A program made the position numbers and the translations under genes. This document shows, piece after piece, positions 1 through 10,342 of a DNA stretch of 64,000 nucleotides. The notes under the pieces were generated by a model, which made no database searches, was not told where the DNA came from, and worked only from the letters and a program-made list of their open reading frames with translations. The stretch comes from Minisyncoccota bacterium (GTDB lineage Bacteria > Patescibacteriota > Minisyncoccia > Phycocordibacterales > UBA1006), in assembly GCA_028697455.1 (NCBI GenBank), contig JAQVEZ010000003.1, positions 42,972 to 106,971 of the forward strand. Reading direction: 5' to 3'. Each line of letters begins with the position of its first letter. The first letter of the stretch is position 1.

Positions 1-456
1 CTGAGAAATAATATGATGTCCGGAAGAGCCAATATTCACCGAAGCAATAAGTTCATGAATGTCTCGCATACGAACCTCTTCTCCGTTTATCAAGTACTTA
101 TTGGTGCCGTCTTGATATACCTCTCGCGACAGAGTGATTTCATCAAAATCAACATCAATGGTGTTGTTCAGCGTCTGAATATGAAAAACCCGATCAGAGT
201 TATCAAAAACAATAGAGACAGATGCTTTTGTAAGATGAGGAATGCTTTTCGGCCCCTTAAAAATAAAGTCTGAACCTGTTTTCCCTCGCATAGACCTTAC
301 GGATTGCTCTCCCAAAACAAACCGTATTGCCTCAACAACATTTGATTTTCCCGATCCGTTTGGCCCAACAATTGCGATAATAGGAACGTCAAAAACAAAC
401 TCACTCTTTTGGGCAAATGACTTAAACCCATTCAATTCTAGTCTTTTTAAGTGCAT
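1..456 (-). CDS. smc: Chromosome segregation protein SMC, N-terminal part. The gene continues beyond the window start.
   Basis: The reverse-strand translation starting at the ATG (complement of 454-456) reads MHLKRLELNGFKSFAQKSEFVFDVPIIAIVGPNGSGKSNVVEAIRFVLGEQS, which is the SMC/RecF-type N-terminal Walker A head. There is no stop before position 1. Confidence 0.8.
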   Translation of the reverse strand, partial: MHLKRLELNGFKSFAQKSEFVFDVPIIAIVGPNGSGKSNVVEAIRFVLGEQSVRSMRGKTGSDFIFKGPKSIPHLTKASVSIVFDNSDRVFHIQTLNNTIDVDFDEITLSREVYQDGTNKYLINGEEVRMRDIHELIASVNIGSSGHHIISQ

Positions 457-517
457 ATAATATACCCCACCAGTATATCATAGCCGTGGCAAAGTAAAAA
501 AATGGCTTGCGCCATTT

Positions 518-1129
518 TTAACAACTCCAGTTACCGTCAAGACTGGTATCGTAGAGAACTCTTTCGTGAACGGTGGTATAGTCCATTAATTCATCTGGTG
601 AAAACCAAAGGGCTATCTCGCGTTCTGCCTCAGAAAAATTCTCTGAGCAATGAATGAGATTCCGCACTGCACGATTATCAATTGCCGACATAAAATAAGA
701 ATCAATAGTAAAGTCCCCACGAATAGTACCAATATCTGCACTTAGAGGTTCTGTTCCTCCTACAAGTTGTGTTACAACTTGAGGTGCTGCATGTCCTTCA
801 GCAACAAGAGCAACAACAGGACCTCCTGTCATATACTTTACAATAGTCCTAATAATATCCTTCCCGTACTCGATAGCTGGTTTTTCTGCAGAAAGTCCTT
901 CTCTTTGAAGGTCCTCAATAACCCCCTTCCCCTTTCGTTCAAACCATGCATCATCCTTATTATAGTGAAGAGTACATTGCTCTTCAGTAGGAACAATCAT
1001 TTTCATTCCAATGATTTTCAATCCTCGCTGTTCAAAACGTTTAATAATTTCCCCAACAAGAGATCGTTGAACCCCATCGGGCTTGATCAACACCAGTGAT
1101 CGTTCTTTTTTGACATTTGTTTTTAACAT
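518..1129 (-). CDS. ndk: Nucleoside diphosphate kinase
   Basis: ERSLVLIKPDGVQRSLVGEIIKRFEQRGLKI...NIIHGSD-like core (…NLIHCSEN) is typical of NDK; this is a long-form protein of 203 aa. Confidence 0.85.
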   Translation of the reverse strand: MLKTNVKKERSLVLIKPDGVQRSLVGEIIKRFEQRGLKIIGMKMIVPTEEQCTLHYNKDDAWFERKGKGVIEDLQREGLSAEKPAIEYGKDIIRTIVKYMTGGPVVALVAEGHAAPQVVTQLVGGTEPLSADIGTIRGDFTIDSYFMSAIDNRAVRNLIHCSENFSEAEREIALWFSPDELMDYTTVHERVLYDTSLDGNWSC

Positions 1130-1164
1130 AGGGCTATCATAGCAAAAAATAATTTTTAGTAAAA

Positions 1165-3927
1165 TTACCGATAGCGACCCATAATATCACGCTCAACCTC
1201 TTCTCTTGGTTTCCCATATTTCAAAAAAGATATTTGTTTTATTTTTTCTGAAACTCCTTGTGGATTTTTTTGAACAAAATACTCAAGAGGGAGTGTTTGA
1301 ATATTAAAAGGAGCAAGTGGTTTCCCATTTCCAATCATCTGAATATAGGCATTTCGGTTGGGGATACGCATAATATCATCTGCAGAAAATTGCGGGAGAA
1401 AACGTTTTTCTACATACTGCGCATCCTCAAAAGAAATACGAAAAGAAGCCATAGACCCCACGTTACCAAAGACCGCGTTTTTGATTCCTTCATCAAGCTG
1501 AGCAATAAATTGGTGAGCAACAATAAGCCCGAGCCCATACTTTCGTGCCTCAGAGAGGATTTGTGAAATAGAATCGGTTGTCACATTCTGAAACTCGTCA
1601 ATATATAAATAAAATGGAGGAAGCTCCTTATCAAGCGAATCAACACGAGACAAGGCTGCCATCAAAATCTTTCCAACAAGGATAAGCCCGATCAGGTTTG
1701 CATTAATTTCTCCAAGTCGTCCTTTTGAAAGATTCACCAAGAGAATCTTTTTACTATCCATGATATCTCGAAAATTAAAGGATGATGTTTGTTGAGCAAT
1801 AATAGGACGCATGATCTCATTCGAAATCATTGGATCAAATTTTGAGGTAATATAAGGAACAAAGTTTTCAAGTCCCTGCTCTCCTGTTGTTTTTTCAGCA
1901 TTCTCCCAAAACTGTTTAATAATAGGGTTTTTACAATGTTGTAACTTTAAATCTCGGAAATTCTTATCCGCCAAGACTCTTCCAATCTCAAGAAGCGTGC
2001 TTCCTGACTCAAGGTGTTCCATAACAAGCCCTGCTGAGTTTCGAAAATACTGCTCAAACATAGCACCTCCTCCAACCTTCATATCAAAAAGCTTGTTAAA
2101 AATACCCATCATTTCGTTAATAACAAAAGACTTTTGCTCGGGGTAACGAGGATCAAATTCAAGCATATTTAATCCCATTGGTCTTTCGACAGATGAAGGG
2201 TCAAAATAAATAACATCATCAATTCTTTCAGGGGGGATAAAGTCCAAGATATCTTGAATATCAGAACCATGAGGATCGATAAAGCAAACCCCCTCTCCGT
2301 TCTTGATATCTTGAATAAGCATCTGTTTCAAGAGGTGAGTCTTTCCAGTCCCTGTCTGTCCAATCACATAAAAATGTCTCAAACGATCTTCAGGTGTCAT
2401 ATGAATCATCATTTCTCTATGACGAAAAACATTCTTCCCAAGAATAATACCTTCTTGTGGAGTATCAGAAGGAGCTGGTGCACTCTTATTACTTTCTTGT
2501 TTTAACTGAGAGGTCTCAGATATCTCAAGAGGAAAATGAAAAAGTGTAGAAAGCTCTTTGAGATTTAGTTTAAAAGTATATCGATCATTAAAAAAACGAA
2601 AAACAAAATCCTGAATTGATTGCTCGAGCTGAGAACCACGCTGTGTCTCAAAACGAATACCATTCCCTTTTGGATTATTAAACTGCTGAAAAGCCGAACT
2701 CAGGCTGTGGAGAATTTCATCCGAACGCTGTTTTGTTTCTGCAGAAGTAATAATACGAATATTTGTTTGAACGATAGTGCTATTAAGTTTTTCAGTGATT
2801 TCTCGGATAGCGTCTTCGTCAATTTTCTTTTCGGGAATGTCGGTTTTACTTTCTTCTTTTTGCTGAGAAAAAACATCTCCAACATTCTTTTTAAAATCAG
2901 AAATGAATGAGTTTTTCTTTGCTGCAACCTTAAGGGTGTCTCCCTTTTTGAGATTATCTAAAATCTCTCCATACTCTTTAATGTAATCACCATCAATAGG
3001 CATCACGATAAACTGCACAGCAGCCCCTTCTCCAGATTTTTTAAGCTTAGAAAAAGTATTCACCAAAACACTCATTGGGTCGTGGTCAAAGTTATCATAA
3101 GTTTTGAGCGTAAGAACATCATTCTGAGTATACTCAGCATAAGCAGATGAGCTTATTCCCGAATAGCTAAAAATATTATAATCATCAAAAACTTCAGTAA
3201 TTTTTACATCCTCAAAAAGCCCAAGGAGTTGTTTTTCAAAAAGATCTGCACGTGATTCAGGAACTGTTACATATAAAGACATGTCATCTTCTCCTTCGGG
3301 TAATGCAAGTTCAAGCGTGTAGTAATTCTTTTCTTTGTTCCGAGGATCACTCGCGATTGATTGCATCCCCGCCATAAACTGCTCCATAAGAGAGACAATC
3401 TGTTTGAAATCACGACTCTCTCCTGTTACTTTCTTGTTAGGAAGAATCACTTCAAAAATCCTCAACCCAAGTGATTTTGAAAGGTCTGATTTTGGTTTAA
3501 GGCCTGGAAGCTCATAATGAGACGCCAGATACTGAACAAGAAACCGATGAAAATCATCAAGGATATGATCATTCCCCATTTTTGAAACAATCTCAAGAGT
3601 ATTTTTGAGCCCTCGTTTAAGAAGAATTCCATAAAGATCTTCAATAATGGTATCGTGGTCTTCTGGAGAAAGTCTGAGCGTAATCCCTTCCATTTCAGAA
3701 TCTTCAACGCGGTATCCGTCTTCAAGAAGATCTTCTTGGGGTTGTTTTTTATATTGTTCGAGAAAATGCTCCGCAGCTTCTTCTCTTTTTTGTTCATATG
3801 GAATATTTTTCTTTTCGAGTGTTTGAAATTCTTTCTCTATTTCTTTTTGAACAAATTGAGTTTCTTCGGCAGAGTTCTTAAAACGTGGTTTTCGTTCAAG
3901 GTTGTCAAAAAAATCATGAGGATCCAT
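1165..3927 (-). CDS. VirD4/TraG/TraD-like (TrwB_AAD_bind / TraG-D_C family) P-loop ATPase with a long acidic/basic N-terminal region
   Basis: Walker A FYVIGQTGTGKTHLL and Walker B-like PFYLYIDEFQNV followed by ARKYGLGLIVAHQFIAQL resemble type IV coupling proteins. The start was moved to MDPHDFF (the ATG at 3925-3927) because a TATAAT box lies 6 nt upstream; the ORF caller's longer start at 3966 has no promoter support. Confidence 0.45.
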   Translation of the reverse strand: MDPHDFFDNLERKPRFKNSAEETQFVQKEIEKEFQTLEKKNIPYEQKREEAAEHFLEQYKKQPQEDLLEDGYRVEDSEMEGITLRLSPEDHDTIIEDLYGILLKRGLKNTLEIVSKMGNDHILDDFHRFLVQYLASHYELPGLKPKSDLSKSLGLRIFEVILPNKKVTGESRDFKQIVSLMEQFMAGMQSIASDPRNKEKNYYTLELALPEGEDDMSLYVTVPESRADLFEKQLLGLFEDVKITEVFDDYNIFSYSGISSSAYAEYTQNDVLTLKTYDNFDHDPMSVLVNTFSKLKKSGEGAAVQFIVMPIDGDYIKEYGEILDNLKKGDTLKVAAKKNSFISDFKKNVGDVFSQQKEESKTDIPEKKIDEDAIREITEKLNSTIVQTNIRIITSAETKQRSDEILHSLSSAFQQFNNPKGNGIRFETQRGSQLEQSIQDFVFRFFNDRYTFKLNLKELSTLFHFPLEISETSQLKQESNKSAPAPSDTPQEGIILGKNVFRHREMMIHMTPEDRLRHFYVIGQTGTGKTHLLKQMLIQDIKNGEGVCFIDPHGSDIQDILDFIPPERIDDVIYFDPSSVERPMGLNMLEFDPRYPEQKSFVINEMMGIFNKLFDMKVGGGAMFEQYFRNSAGLVMEHLESGSTLLEIGRVLADKNFRDLKLQHCKNPIIKQFWENAEKTTGEQGLENFVPYITSKFDPMISNEIMRPIIAQQTSSFNFRDIMDSKKILLVNLSKGRLGEINANLIGLILVGKILMAALSRVDSLDKELPPFYLYIDEFQNVTTDSISQILSEARKYGLGLIVAHQFIAQLDEGIKNAVFGNVGSMASFRISFEDAQYVEKRFLPQFSADDIMRIPNRNAYIQMIGNGKPLAPFNIQTLPLEYFVQKNPQGVSEKIKQISFLKYGKPREEVERDIMGRYR

Positions 3928-3984
3928 GATCTCATTATACGCTAAAAAATATAAATAAAAAAACACTCACAAACTGAGCATCTT

Positions 3985-4305
3985 TTATGCAAGACTGGTG
4001 ATCTTTACTTTCATAAAGTGCTGTCGATGCCCTTTCTTTTTAAAGTATCGTGTTTTTGATTTATATCGAATCACGGTTACTTTTTTAGAAAGTCCTTGTT
4101 CAACAAGTTCACCAGAAACTTTTGCTCCAGACAGGAATGGGGTTCCGATATTGGTTACTGAACCATCGTCAGTAAGCAATACGTTTTCAAAAACAATTTT
4201 ATCCCCTGTCTTGAAGTCTCCATCTAATTTTTCGATGGTGATAAGATCACCTTCGGAAACGCGGTATTGTTTCCCACCGGTTTCAATAATTGAAAACTTA
4301 CTCAT
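3985..4305 (-). CDS. rplU: 50S ribosomal protein L21
   Basis: MSKFSIIETGGKQYRVSEGDLITIEKL is the canonical bL21 N-terminus. The internal Met was chosen as the start because TTGTCA-16 bp-TATAAT lies 10 nt upstream. Confidence 0.9.
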   Translation of the reverse strand: MSKFSIIETGGKQYRVSEGDLITIEKLDGDFKTGDKIVFENVLLTDDGSVTNIGTPFLSGAKVSGELVEQGLSKKVTVIRYKSKTRYFKKKGHRQHFMKVKITSLA

Positions 4306-4344
4306 AACAAGGGCTATTATACATAAATAGCTTTTTATGACAAG

Positions 4345-4386
4345 CCCGCACACTTACTCCGCCAGCTGGCAGAGTAAGTGTGCGGG
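4345..4386. promoter_or_regulatory. 42-bp near-perfect palindrome (15-bp perfect arms CCCGCACACTTACTC / GAGTAAGTGTGCGGG around a GCCAGCTGGC-containing loop), immediately upstream of the rplU promoter and of the divergent 4456 gene
   Basis: Seen directly in the sequence. The arms are GC-rich within AT-rich intergenic DNA, and a -35-like TTGTCA/TGACAA abuts each side. Confidence 0.5.
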
Positions 4387-4455
4387 TTGACAAAAATATA
4401 AAATAGGTATATAATGGACTTTGAGAATAATGTTTAACAAAAAAATATTCAAAAA

Positions 4456-4920
4456 ATGGAAAAAATAGAAAGCATTGTAAATCCAAACCTTTTTTTAGAC
4501 TATGGGAAAGAAAACGGGAAGAATGATTTTTTCAAATTTACCTTCCTTGGTAACCCTATTTTTAAAATACCTTTTCTTTTCTTTTCAAAAGAATTTGAAC
4601 CTCTAAAAAAAGTTCCATGTTATGAAATACTTTCTAAAGCAATGAATAATTTTGGAATCAAAAAATATTATGGTGAAAAAATAATCAAAGAGCCTCAAGA
4701 GGTTATTCAAGAAATGCATTACATAACAACTTGTAAGGATACAACTTTTACCGATGAAAAAATTAATCTTTGGAACTACAAAATTCCAAATGAAAAATTG
4801 TTTTATTTATTAGGTTGTATTTACAATAAGAGTAAAGATGAATGGATATTTTTCATATCTGATGAAATAGCAGAGTCTAGTAAATTTTATCCACCCTTAG
4901 GAACTCGTATTTTTACCTAA
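4456..4920 (+). CDS. hypothetical protein
   Basis: 154-aa ORF between rplU and cysS, followed by a rho-independent terminator at 4926-4957. No recognisable domain. Confidence 0.4.
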   Translation: MEKIESIVNPNLFLDYGKENGKNDFFKFTFLGNPIFKIPFLFFSKEFEPLKKVPCYEILSKAMNNFGIKKYYGEKIIKEPQEVIQEMHYITTCKDTTFTDEKINLWNYKIPNEKLFYLLGCIYNKSKDEWIFFISDEIAESSKFYPPLGTRIFT

Positions 4921-4925
4921 AATTA

Positions 4926-4957
4926 AAACTGTCTACTTAACCGTAGGCAGTTTTTTA
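4926..4957 (+). terminator. intrinsic terminator (ctgtctac-loop-gtaggcag followed by TTTTTT)
   Basis: Hairpin plus T-run directly after the stop of the 4456-4920 ORF. Confidence 0.6.
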
Positions 4958-4994
4958 ACTTCAAAAAACACCCCTACTCTGTTATACTTCCCTT

Positions 4995-6383
4995 ATGAAA
5001 CTCTATAATTCCCTAACGAATCAGAAAGAAACTTTTACCCCTCTAAGTGCTGGTAAGGTATCTATGTACCACTGTGGGCCAACGGTGTATGACTATGTCC
5101 ATATTGGGAATTTGCGATCATTTTTGCTCGCGGATTTTGTTCGTAGAGTTTTTGAATATCAGGGATATGCGGTAACTCAAGTCATGAATATCACCGACAT
5201 TGGACACCTCGTTTCTGATGGAGACGACGGTGACGACAAAATGACCAAAGCACTAAAACGAGAAGGTAAAGACATCACCCTAGAAAATATGCTCGCTCTG
5301 GCTGATTTTTATGCAAATGCTTTTAAGAATAACTTACAGGAACTCAACATTGAGACCCCGCATTTTATTCCCAAAGCTTCAGAACACATTGATGAGGATA
5401 TCAAGATTATCAAACAACTCGAAACAAAAGGATATACCTATATCACCAGTGACGGAGTGTATTTTGATACTGCCAAAATGGCCGATTACGGAAAACTTGG
5501 AGGAATTAATAATGGGAACAACGAAAACCGTATCGCCGAAAATACTGAGAAAAAACAATCAGCTGACTTTGCTTTGTGGAAGTTTGATAATAACCAGGGC
5601 TGGGACTCTCCTTGGGGACAAGGTTTCCCTGGATGGCACATAGAATGTTCTGGTATGGGAATTAAATACCTTGGAGAGCAATTTGATATTCATACTGGAG
5701 GAATTGACCTCAAGAGTATTCATCACAACAATGAAATTGCTCAATCAGAATCGGCTACTGGTTGCTCACCATTTGTATCTTATTGGTTGCATGGAGAAAT
5801 GCTCAATTTTAGAGGAGAAAAACTCTCTAAATCAACGGGTGGAAATATCACCCTTGCTGTTCTCAAGGATCAAGACTTCTCACCTCTTGACTATCGCTAT
5901 CTCACCCTTCAAACACATTACCGTTCTCCTATGGAGTTCAGCTTTGAAATTTTAGAACAAGCAAAGAACGCCCTTGCTCGTATCAAAAAAGACATTCTCA
6001 GGCTCAAAAAAGAAAATCCTGACACAAAAATAATCGATATAAAAAATCATTCTTACCAAAAAGAATTCCTAGAGAAAATCCAAGACGATATAAATATTCC
6101 TCAAGCACTTGCAGTTTTTCACGAAATGATGAAATCAGATATCTCTGATAACGAAAAATTATCTCTTGCTTATGATTTTGATCATATCTTTGGGCTTGGT
6201 CTTGAACAGCTCCACGAAGAGACCTTTGCTGTGCCAGACAGGGTCCATGAACTTCTCGATGAACGTGCAAACGCGCGTAAGAACAAAAATTGGGAACTCT
6301 CTGATACTCTTCGAGATGCTATCGTGCAAGAAGGCTACCGAGTCATCGATAGTGGTGATAAACAGGAAATTCAAAAACTTTAA
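4995..6383 (+). CDS. cysS: Cysteinyl-tRNA synthetase
   Basis: Carries the class I motifs HIGN (HIGH) and KLSKS (KMSKS) and the CysRS-typical CGPTVYDYVHIGN…WHIECS. TTATACT lies 7 nt upstream of the ATG. Confidence 0.9.
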   Translation: MKLYNSLTNQKETFTPLSAGKVSMYHCGPTVYDYVHIGNLRSFLLADFVRRVFEYQGYAVTQVMNITDIGHLVSDGDDGDDKMTKALKREGKDITLENMLALADFYANAFKNNLQELNIETPHFIPKASEHIDEDIKIIKQLETKGYTYITSDGVYFDTAKMADYGKLGGINNGNNENRIAENTEKKQSADFALWKFDNNQGWDSPWGQGFPGWHIECSGMGIKYLGEQFDIHTGGIDLKSIHHNNEIAQSESATGCSPFVSYWLHGEMLNFRGEKLSKSTGGNITLAVLKDQDFSPLDYRYLTLQTHYRSPMEFSFEILEQAKNALARIKKDILRLKKENPDTKIIDIKNHSYQKEFLEKIQDDINIPQALAVFHEMMKSDISDNEKLSLAYDFDHIFGLGLEQLHEETFAVPDRVHELLDERANARKNKNWELSDTLRDAIVQEGYRVIDSGDKQEIQKL

Positions 6384-6410
6384 AACACCTTCTCATAAGG
6401 TGTTTTATTT

Positions 6411-6686
6411 TTAGAAAGTACGATCAAGATAATCATTAATATTCTTACTTGTTGTATCTATCTGAGACTGTATTGATGAAAAGAAGTTCTTAACTGAAGA
6501 ATTCATCTCAACAACAGCTGCCTGACTATCTGTAGGCAAATCATCAGCAATATCATCGAGGCCTTCTTCTCTTAATGTTTCTTCTGTCGTTGTTTGTTCA
6601 AGGGTAGTACTTTTTTGAAAGGCGCTGTACGCAAAATAAGCAAGGAGCGCAATGATAATAATAACGAAAAGGTTTTTCATACTCAT
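6411..6686 (-). CDS. small membrane-anchored or secreted hypothetical protein
   Basis: N-terminal hydrophobic segment FVIIIIALLAYFAYSAF. GGTATACT lies 8 nt upstream of the ATG. Confidence 0.45.
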   Translation of the reverse strand: MSMKNLFVIIIIALLAYFAYSAFQKSTTLEQTTTEETLREEGLDDIADDLPTDSQAAVVEMNSSVKNFFSSIQSQIDTTSKNINDYLDRTF

Positions 6687-6708
6687 CTAGTATACCTTAA
6701 AAAACAAA

Positions 6709-7770
6709 TTAATACCCTTCTTCGGCAAGCGCTGAGAGTGCTTCTTTTGCTTTTTTGGAAAGTTTTTTTGGGATAGCTATCTCAAAAGAAACCAAAAGAT
6801 CTCCCTTCTCCGCAAAACCTTTCTTTGAAACCTTAAGAACTGTTCCGTGCTGAGTTCCTGCTGGAACTTTGATGGTAACCTTTGAATTATCAAGGAGTGT
6901 AATTTCTTTTTCCGTACCCAAAACCGCCTCACTTAATGAGAGCGTTTGGGTGGTAAGGAGATCCATACCATTTCTTTTGAATTGTTTATCTGGTTTTACC
7001 TGAATGAGAACATAAAGATCCCCTGCCTCACCATTTTTGATAGCTTCTCCTTTGTGAGCGATACGCAAGCTATCCCCTGTTTTTATTCCCTTAGGAATAA
7101 TAAACTCAACACGTTCTTTTTCTTTGATAGTTCCTTTCCCCTTACAGGTCTTACAAAGATTCTTCGGAATCTTCCCCACTCCTTCACAACGAGGACACTC
7201 GGTAACCGTAGCAAAAATACCCATAACTTGCGTTTGGATTTTTCCTTGCCCTTCACACTGCGGACAAGTAATCATTTCAGAATCTTTCTCTGCTCCCGTT
7301 CCCTTACAATCAGGACAAGGTTTCTCTCTCATGTATTCAATCGTTTGAGTTTTCCCCAAAAAAGCATCCTTAAACTCAATTTCCACCGCAACCTGAATGT
7401 CTCGTCCTCTTTTCTTTTGGCTTGAATAACTTCCTCCGTTAAATCCACCAAAACCACCAAAAATATCAGAAAAATCAAAATTAAAATTCATGTCTCCGGT
7501 CTGAAAACCAGAAAAATCAAAGCCGCCAAAACCACCGCCTGCATGAGCTCCTCCACCAGCAGCACCAGCTGTTCCAAAACGGTCGTATTGGGCACGCTTT
7601 TCTTCATTCGAAAGAACCTGATAGGCTTCGTTCGCTTCTTTGAATTTTTGCTCATCACCTCCTTTTTTATCAGGATGGTACTGATGAGCAATTTTATGAA
7701 AGGCCTTCTTGATCTCCGTTTGAGTGGCGTTTTTTTCTACTCCTAATATTTTATAATAATCTTTTCCCAT
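6709..7770 (-). CDS. dnaJ: Chaperone DnaJ
   Basis: J-domain YYKILGV…HPDKK, a G/F-rich linker, and four CxxCxGxG zinc-finger repeats. Confidence 0.95.
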   Translation of the reverse strand: MGKDYYKILGVEKNATQTEIKKAFHKIAHQYHPDKKGGDEQKFKEANEAYQVLSNEEKRAQYDRFGTAGAAGGGAHAGGGFGGFDFSGFQTGDMNFNFDFSDIFGGFGGFNGGSYSSQKKRGRDIQVAVEIEFKDAFLGKTQTIEYMREKPCPDCKGTGAEKDSEMITCPQCEGQGKIQTQVMGIFATVTECPRCEGVGKIPKNLCKTCKGKGTIKEKERVEFIIPKGIKTGDSLRIAHKGEAIKNGEAGDLYVLIQVKPDKQFKRNGMDLLTTQTLSLSEAVLGTEKEITLLDNSKVTIKVPAGTQHGTVLKVSKKGFAEKGDLLVSFEIAIPKKLSKKAKEALSALAEEGY

Positions 7771-7843
7771 ATCTTATTCGTAACACTCTCTGCGCTAAAA
7801 ATACACAACCCGTATTATGTACTTTTTACCCAAAAAGGGTTTT

Positions 7844-9718
7844 TTATTCTTCAGAAGAATTTTCTTCTTTGACTTCAGCTTCTGCAGGTTCTGCTTCAGC
7901 TTGCCCAGCTGGCTCAGCGTCTTTGCTCATCGCTTCTCCTATTTTCTGCATAGCGAGAGAGAGTTCTCCAGTTTTCTTCTCGATAGCGTCTTTATCTTCA
8001 CTATCTTTTATTTCCTTGAGCCCTTTGATAACTTCCTCTATTTCTGTCTTGAGAGCGTCTTCTATCTTATCAGAAAAATCCTTTAATGACTTTTCAGCAG
8101 AAAAGATCATTGCTTCAGCATTATTTTTGACATCAACAAGCTCTTTCTTTTTCTTATCCTCGTCTGCGTGTTCTTCTGCTTCTTGTTGCATCCTCTTGAT
8201 TTCTTCGTCAGAGAGTTTTGAACCTCCCTCAATCCTGATTGAGTTTTCTTTGTTGGTCGTTTTGTCTTTCGCACTAACCTCAAGAATACCATTAGCATCG
8301 ACATTAAAACTCACTTCAATTTGAGGAATACCGCGTGGCGCTGGAGCAATCCCTTCAAGAATAAATCTTCCTAGAGATTTATTATCTACCGCCATTGGGC
8401 GCTCTCCTTGAACAATATGAATCTCAACAGAGGTCTGGTTATCAGCAGCTGTTGAGAATACTTGAGATGCTTGCGCTGGAATAGTGGTGTTTCTTTCAAC
8501 GAGTTTTGTTGCAACTCCCCCCATAGTCTCAATAGAAAGAGAAAGAGGAATCACATCAAGCAAAAGAATATCTTTTACATCTCCTTGGAGAACTCCTCCC
8601 TGAAGAGCAGCCCCAAGAGCCACCACCTCATCAGGGTTGATTGATTTGTTGGGATCTTTTCCAAAAACTTCTTTTACCATTTCAGAGATTTTTGGCATTC
8701 GTGTTTGTCCTCCAACAAGAATAACTTCATCAATATCTTGAGGAGAAATTCCTGCTGACTTTACTACCTCTTTGGTTATCGCAATAGATTTTTCAAGGAA
8801 AGGAAGAGCCAATTCCTCAAGCTTTGCACGTGTAAGAGAAAGCAAAAGATGCTGTGGTCCATTCTCATTAGAGCTAATGAAAGGAACGTTAATTTCAGTT
8901 TCAACCGTATTAGAAAGCTCGTGTTTTGCCTTCTCGGCTGCTTCTTTCAATCTTTGAAGTGCAAGAATATCACTACGAACATCAATTCCTGAAGTTTTCT
9001 TAAATTCATCAGCAATCCAATCAATAATCGATCGGTCAATGTCCTCTCCTCCCATACTTGCATCTCCTCCGGTTGATTTTACCTCAACAACATCATCAGC
9101 AACCTCAAGGATCGAAATATCAAAAGTTCCTCCCCCAAAGTCATACACCGCAATTTTCTCGTTGGCATTTTTGTTAAAACCATAAGCAAGAGCGGCAGCG
9201 GTTGGTTCGTTAATAATTCTTTTCACCTCAAGTCCTGCAATCTTTCCAGCGTCTTTTGTTGCCTGTCGTTGTGCATCATCAAAATATGCAGGAACGGTAA
9301 TAACTGCTTCGGTGACTTCTTCTCCAATTTTTTCTTCGATATCTGTTTTGATTTTTTTGAGAATCATTGCAGAAATTTCTTCTGGAGAATAGTCTTTATC
9401 ATTCATCTCTATTGAGATTTTGCCCTCTTTTCCTTTAGTGATTTTAAAAGGTGAATTCTTGATATCATTTTGAACAACGTTATCAGAGAACTTGTGTCCC
9501 ATATATCGTTTTACTCCAAAAATAGTATTTGCAGGATTAGTAACAGCCTGTCTTTTTGCAAGAAGTCCTACAAGGCGTTCTCCCTTTTTACCAATAGCAA
9601 CAATCGATGGAGTGGTTCGGTTCCCTTCGCTATTTTCTACAATTTTAGGTTGTCCTCCTTCAACAATCGCAACCGCTGAGTTGGTTGTTCCGAGGTCTAT
9701 TCCAATAATTTTAGCCAT
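7844..9718 (-). CDS. dnaK: Chaperone DnaK (Hsp70)
   Basis: [17 protein letters not shown]…DLGGGTFD…; 624 aa. Confidence 0.97.
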   Translation of the reverse strand: MAKIIGIDLGTTNSAVAIVEGGQPKIVENSEGNRTTPSIVAIGKKGERLVGLLAKRQAVTNPANTIFGVKRYMGHKFSDNVVQNDIKNSPFKITKGKEGKISIEMNDKDYSPEEISAMILKKIKTDIEEKIGEEVTEAVITVPAYFDDAQRQATKDAGKIAGLEVKRIINEPTAAALAYGFNKNANEKIAVYDFGGGTFDISILEVADDVVEVKSTGGDASMGGEDIDRSIIDWIADEFKKTSGIDVRSDILALQRLKEAAEKAKHELSNTVETEINVPFISSNENGPQHLLLSLTRAKLEELALPFLEKSIAITKEVVKSAGISPQDIDEVILVGGQTRMPKISEMVKEVFGKDPNKSINPDEVVALGAALQGGVLQGDVKDILLLDVIPLSLSIETMGGVATKLVERNTTIPAQASQVFSTAADNQTSVEIHIVQGERPMAVDNKSLGRFILEGIAPAPRGIPQIEVSFNVDANGILEVSAKDKTTNKENSIRIEGGSKLSDEEIKRMQQEAEEHADEDKKKKELVDVKNNAEAMIFSAEKSLKDFSDKIEDALKTEIEEVIKGLKEIKDSEDKDAIEKKTGELSLAMQKIGEAMSKDAEPAGQAEAEPAEAEVKEENSSEE

Positions 9719-9763
9719 AATAATTTAAAAAATTAATTTTTATAATAAATTTCTTTGTAATAA

Positions 9764-10342
9764 TTACTTACCTTCTTTGAGATAATTTCCAACCTTGACC
9801 TTGGCAGGACGGAGAACAGCATCTCCACTACGATAGCCTTTTTGGATAACAGTGAGGATAGTGTGGTCTTCTGATTCGTTCTCAACAGGAATATGCTCAA
9901 CAGGATCGTGATAAAGAGGATTAAACTCCTCTCCCAAAGTCCCAATGGTTTCGACGCCATATTCCTCCATTACTTTCATAAACTGCTGATAAATATATTC
10001 AACGCCGATTCTCCATGCCTTATCTACCTTTTCCCAAGATTCTTTGTTATGAAAAGCCATATCAAAGCTATCGAGAACAGGAAAGAAATTAATCAAGAGA
10101 TCTTCTTTGAGCGCTTTGATTCTCTCGCTTCGTTTCTTTTCTTCTTCTGATTTATAATTAACAAAATCAGCGCGTTCCTTTTGCCAGCCGGTAAGGTATT
10201 CTTGAGCTTTTTTATTCGACTCCTTAAGCTCCTCACGAAGTTTTTTGAGTTTATTTTTTGATCCAAGAAGTTCTGATTCTCCTTCATCGATATCGATATA
10301 AACGTCTTCGTGTTCTTGTTTTTTGTGATTATCTTTCTTCAT
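9764..10342 (-). CDS. grpE: Nucleotide exchange factor GrpE
   Basis: Charged coiled-coil N-terminal region and a C-terminal beta-domain with FNPLYHDPVE; operon position upstream of dnaK. Confidence 0.85.
   Translation of the reverse strand: MKKDNHKKQEHEDVYIDIDEGESELLGSKNKLKKLREELKESNKKAQEYLTGWQKERADFVNYKSEEEKKRSERIKALKEDLLINFFPVLDSFDMAFHNKESWEKVDKAWRIGVEYIYQQFMKVMEEYGVETIGTLGEEFNPLYHDPVEHIPVENESEDHTILTVIQKGYRSGDAVLRPAKVKVGNYLKEGK

Noticed and set aside
3998-4330. + strand 110-aa ORF overlapping rplU
   Set aside because: It is antisense to the highly conserved bL21 coding sequence and has no independent support.
7869-8324. A 151-aa + strand ORF, and several others at 8107-8304, 8462-8644, 8772-8957 and 9470-9728, inside the dnaK region
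   Set aside because: They lie entirely antisense to or within the strongly supported dnaK gene, have low-complexity Ser/Leu-rich translations and lack promoter signals. They are spurious antisense ORFs.
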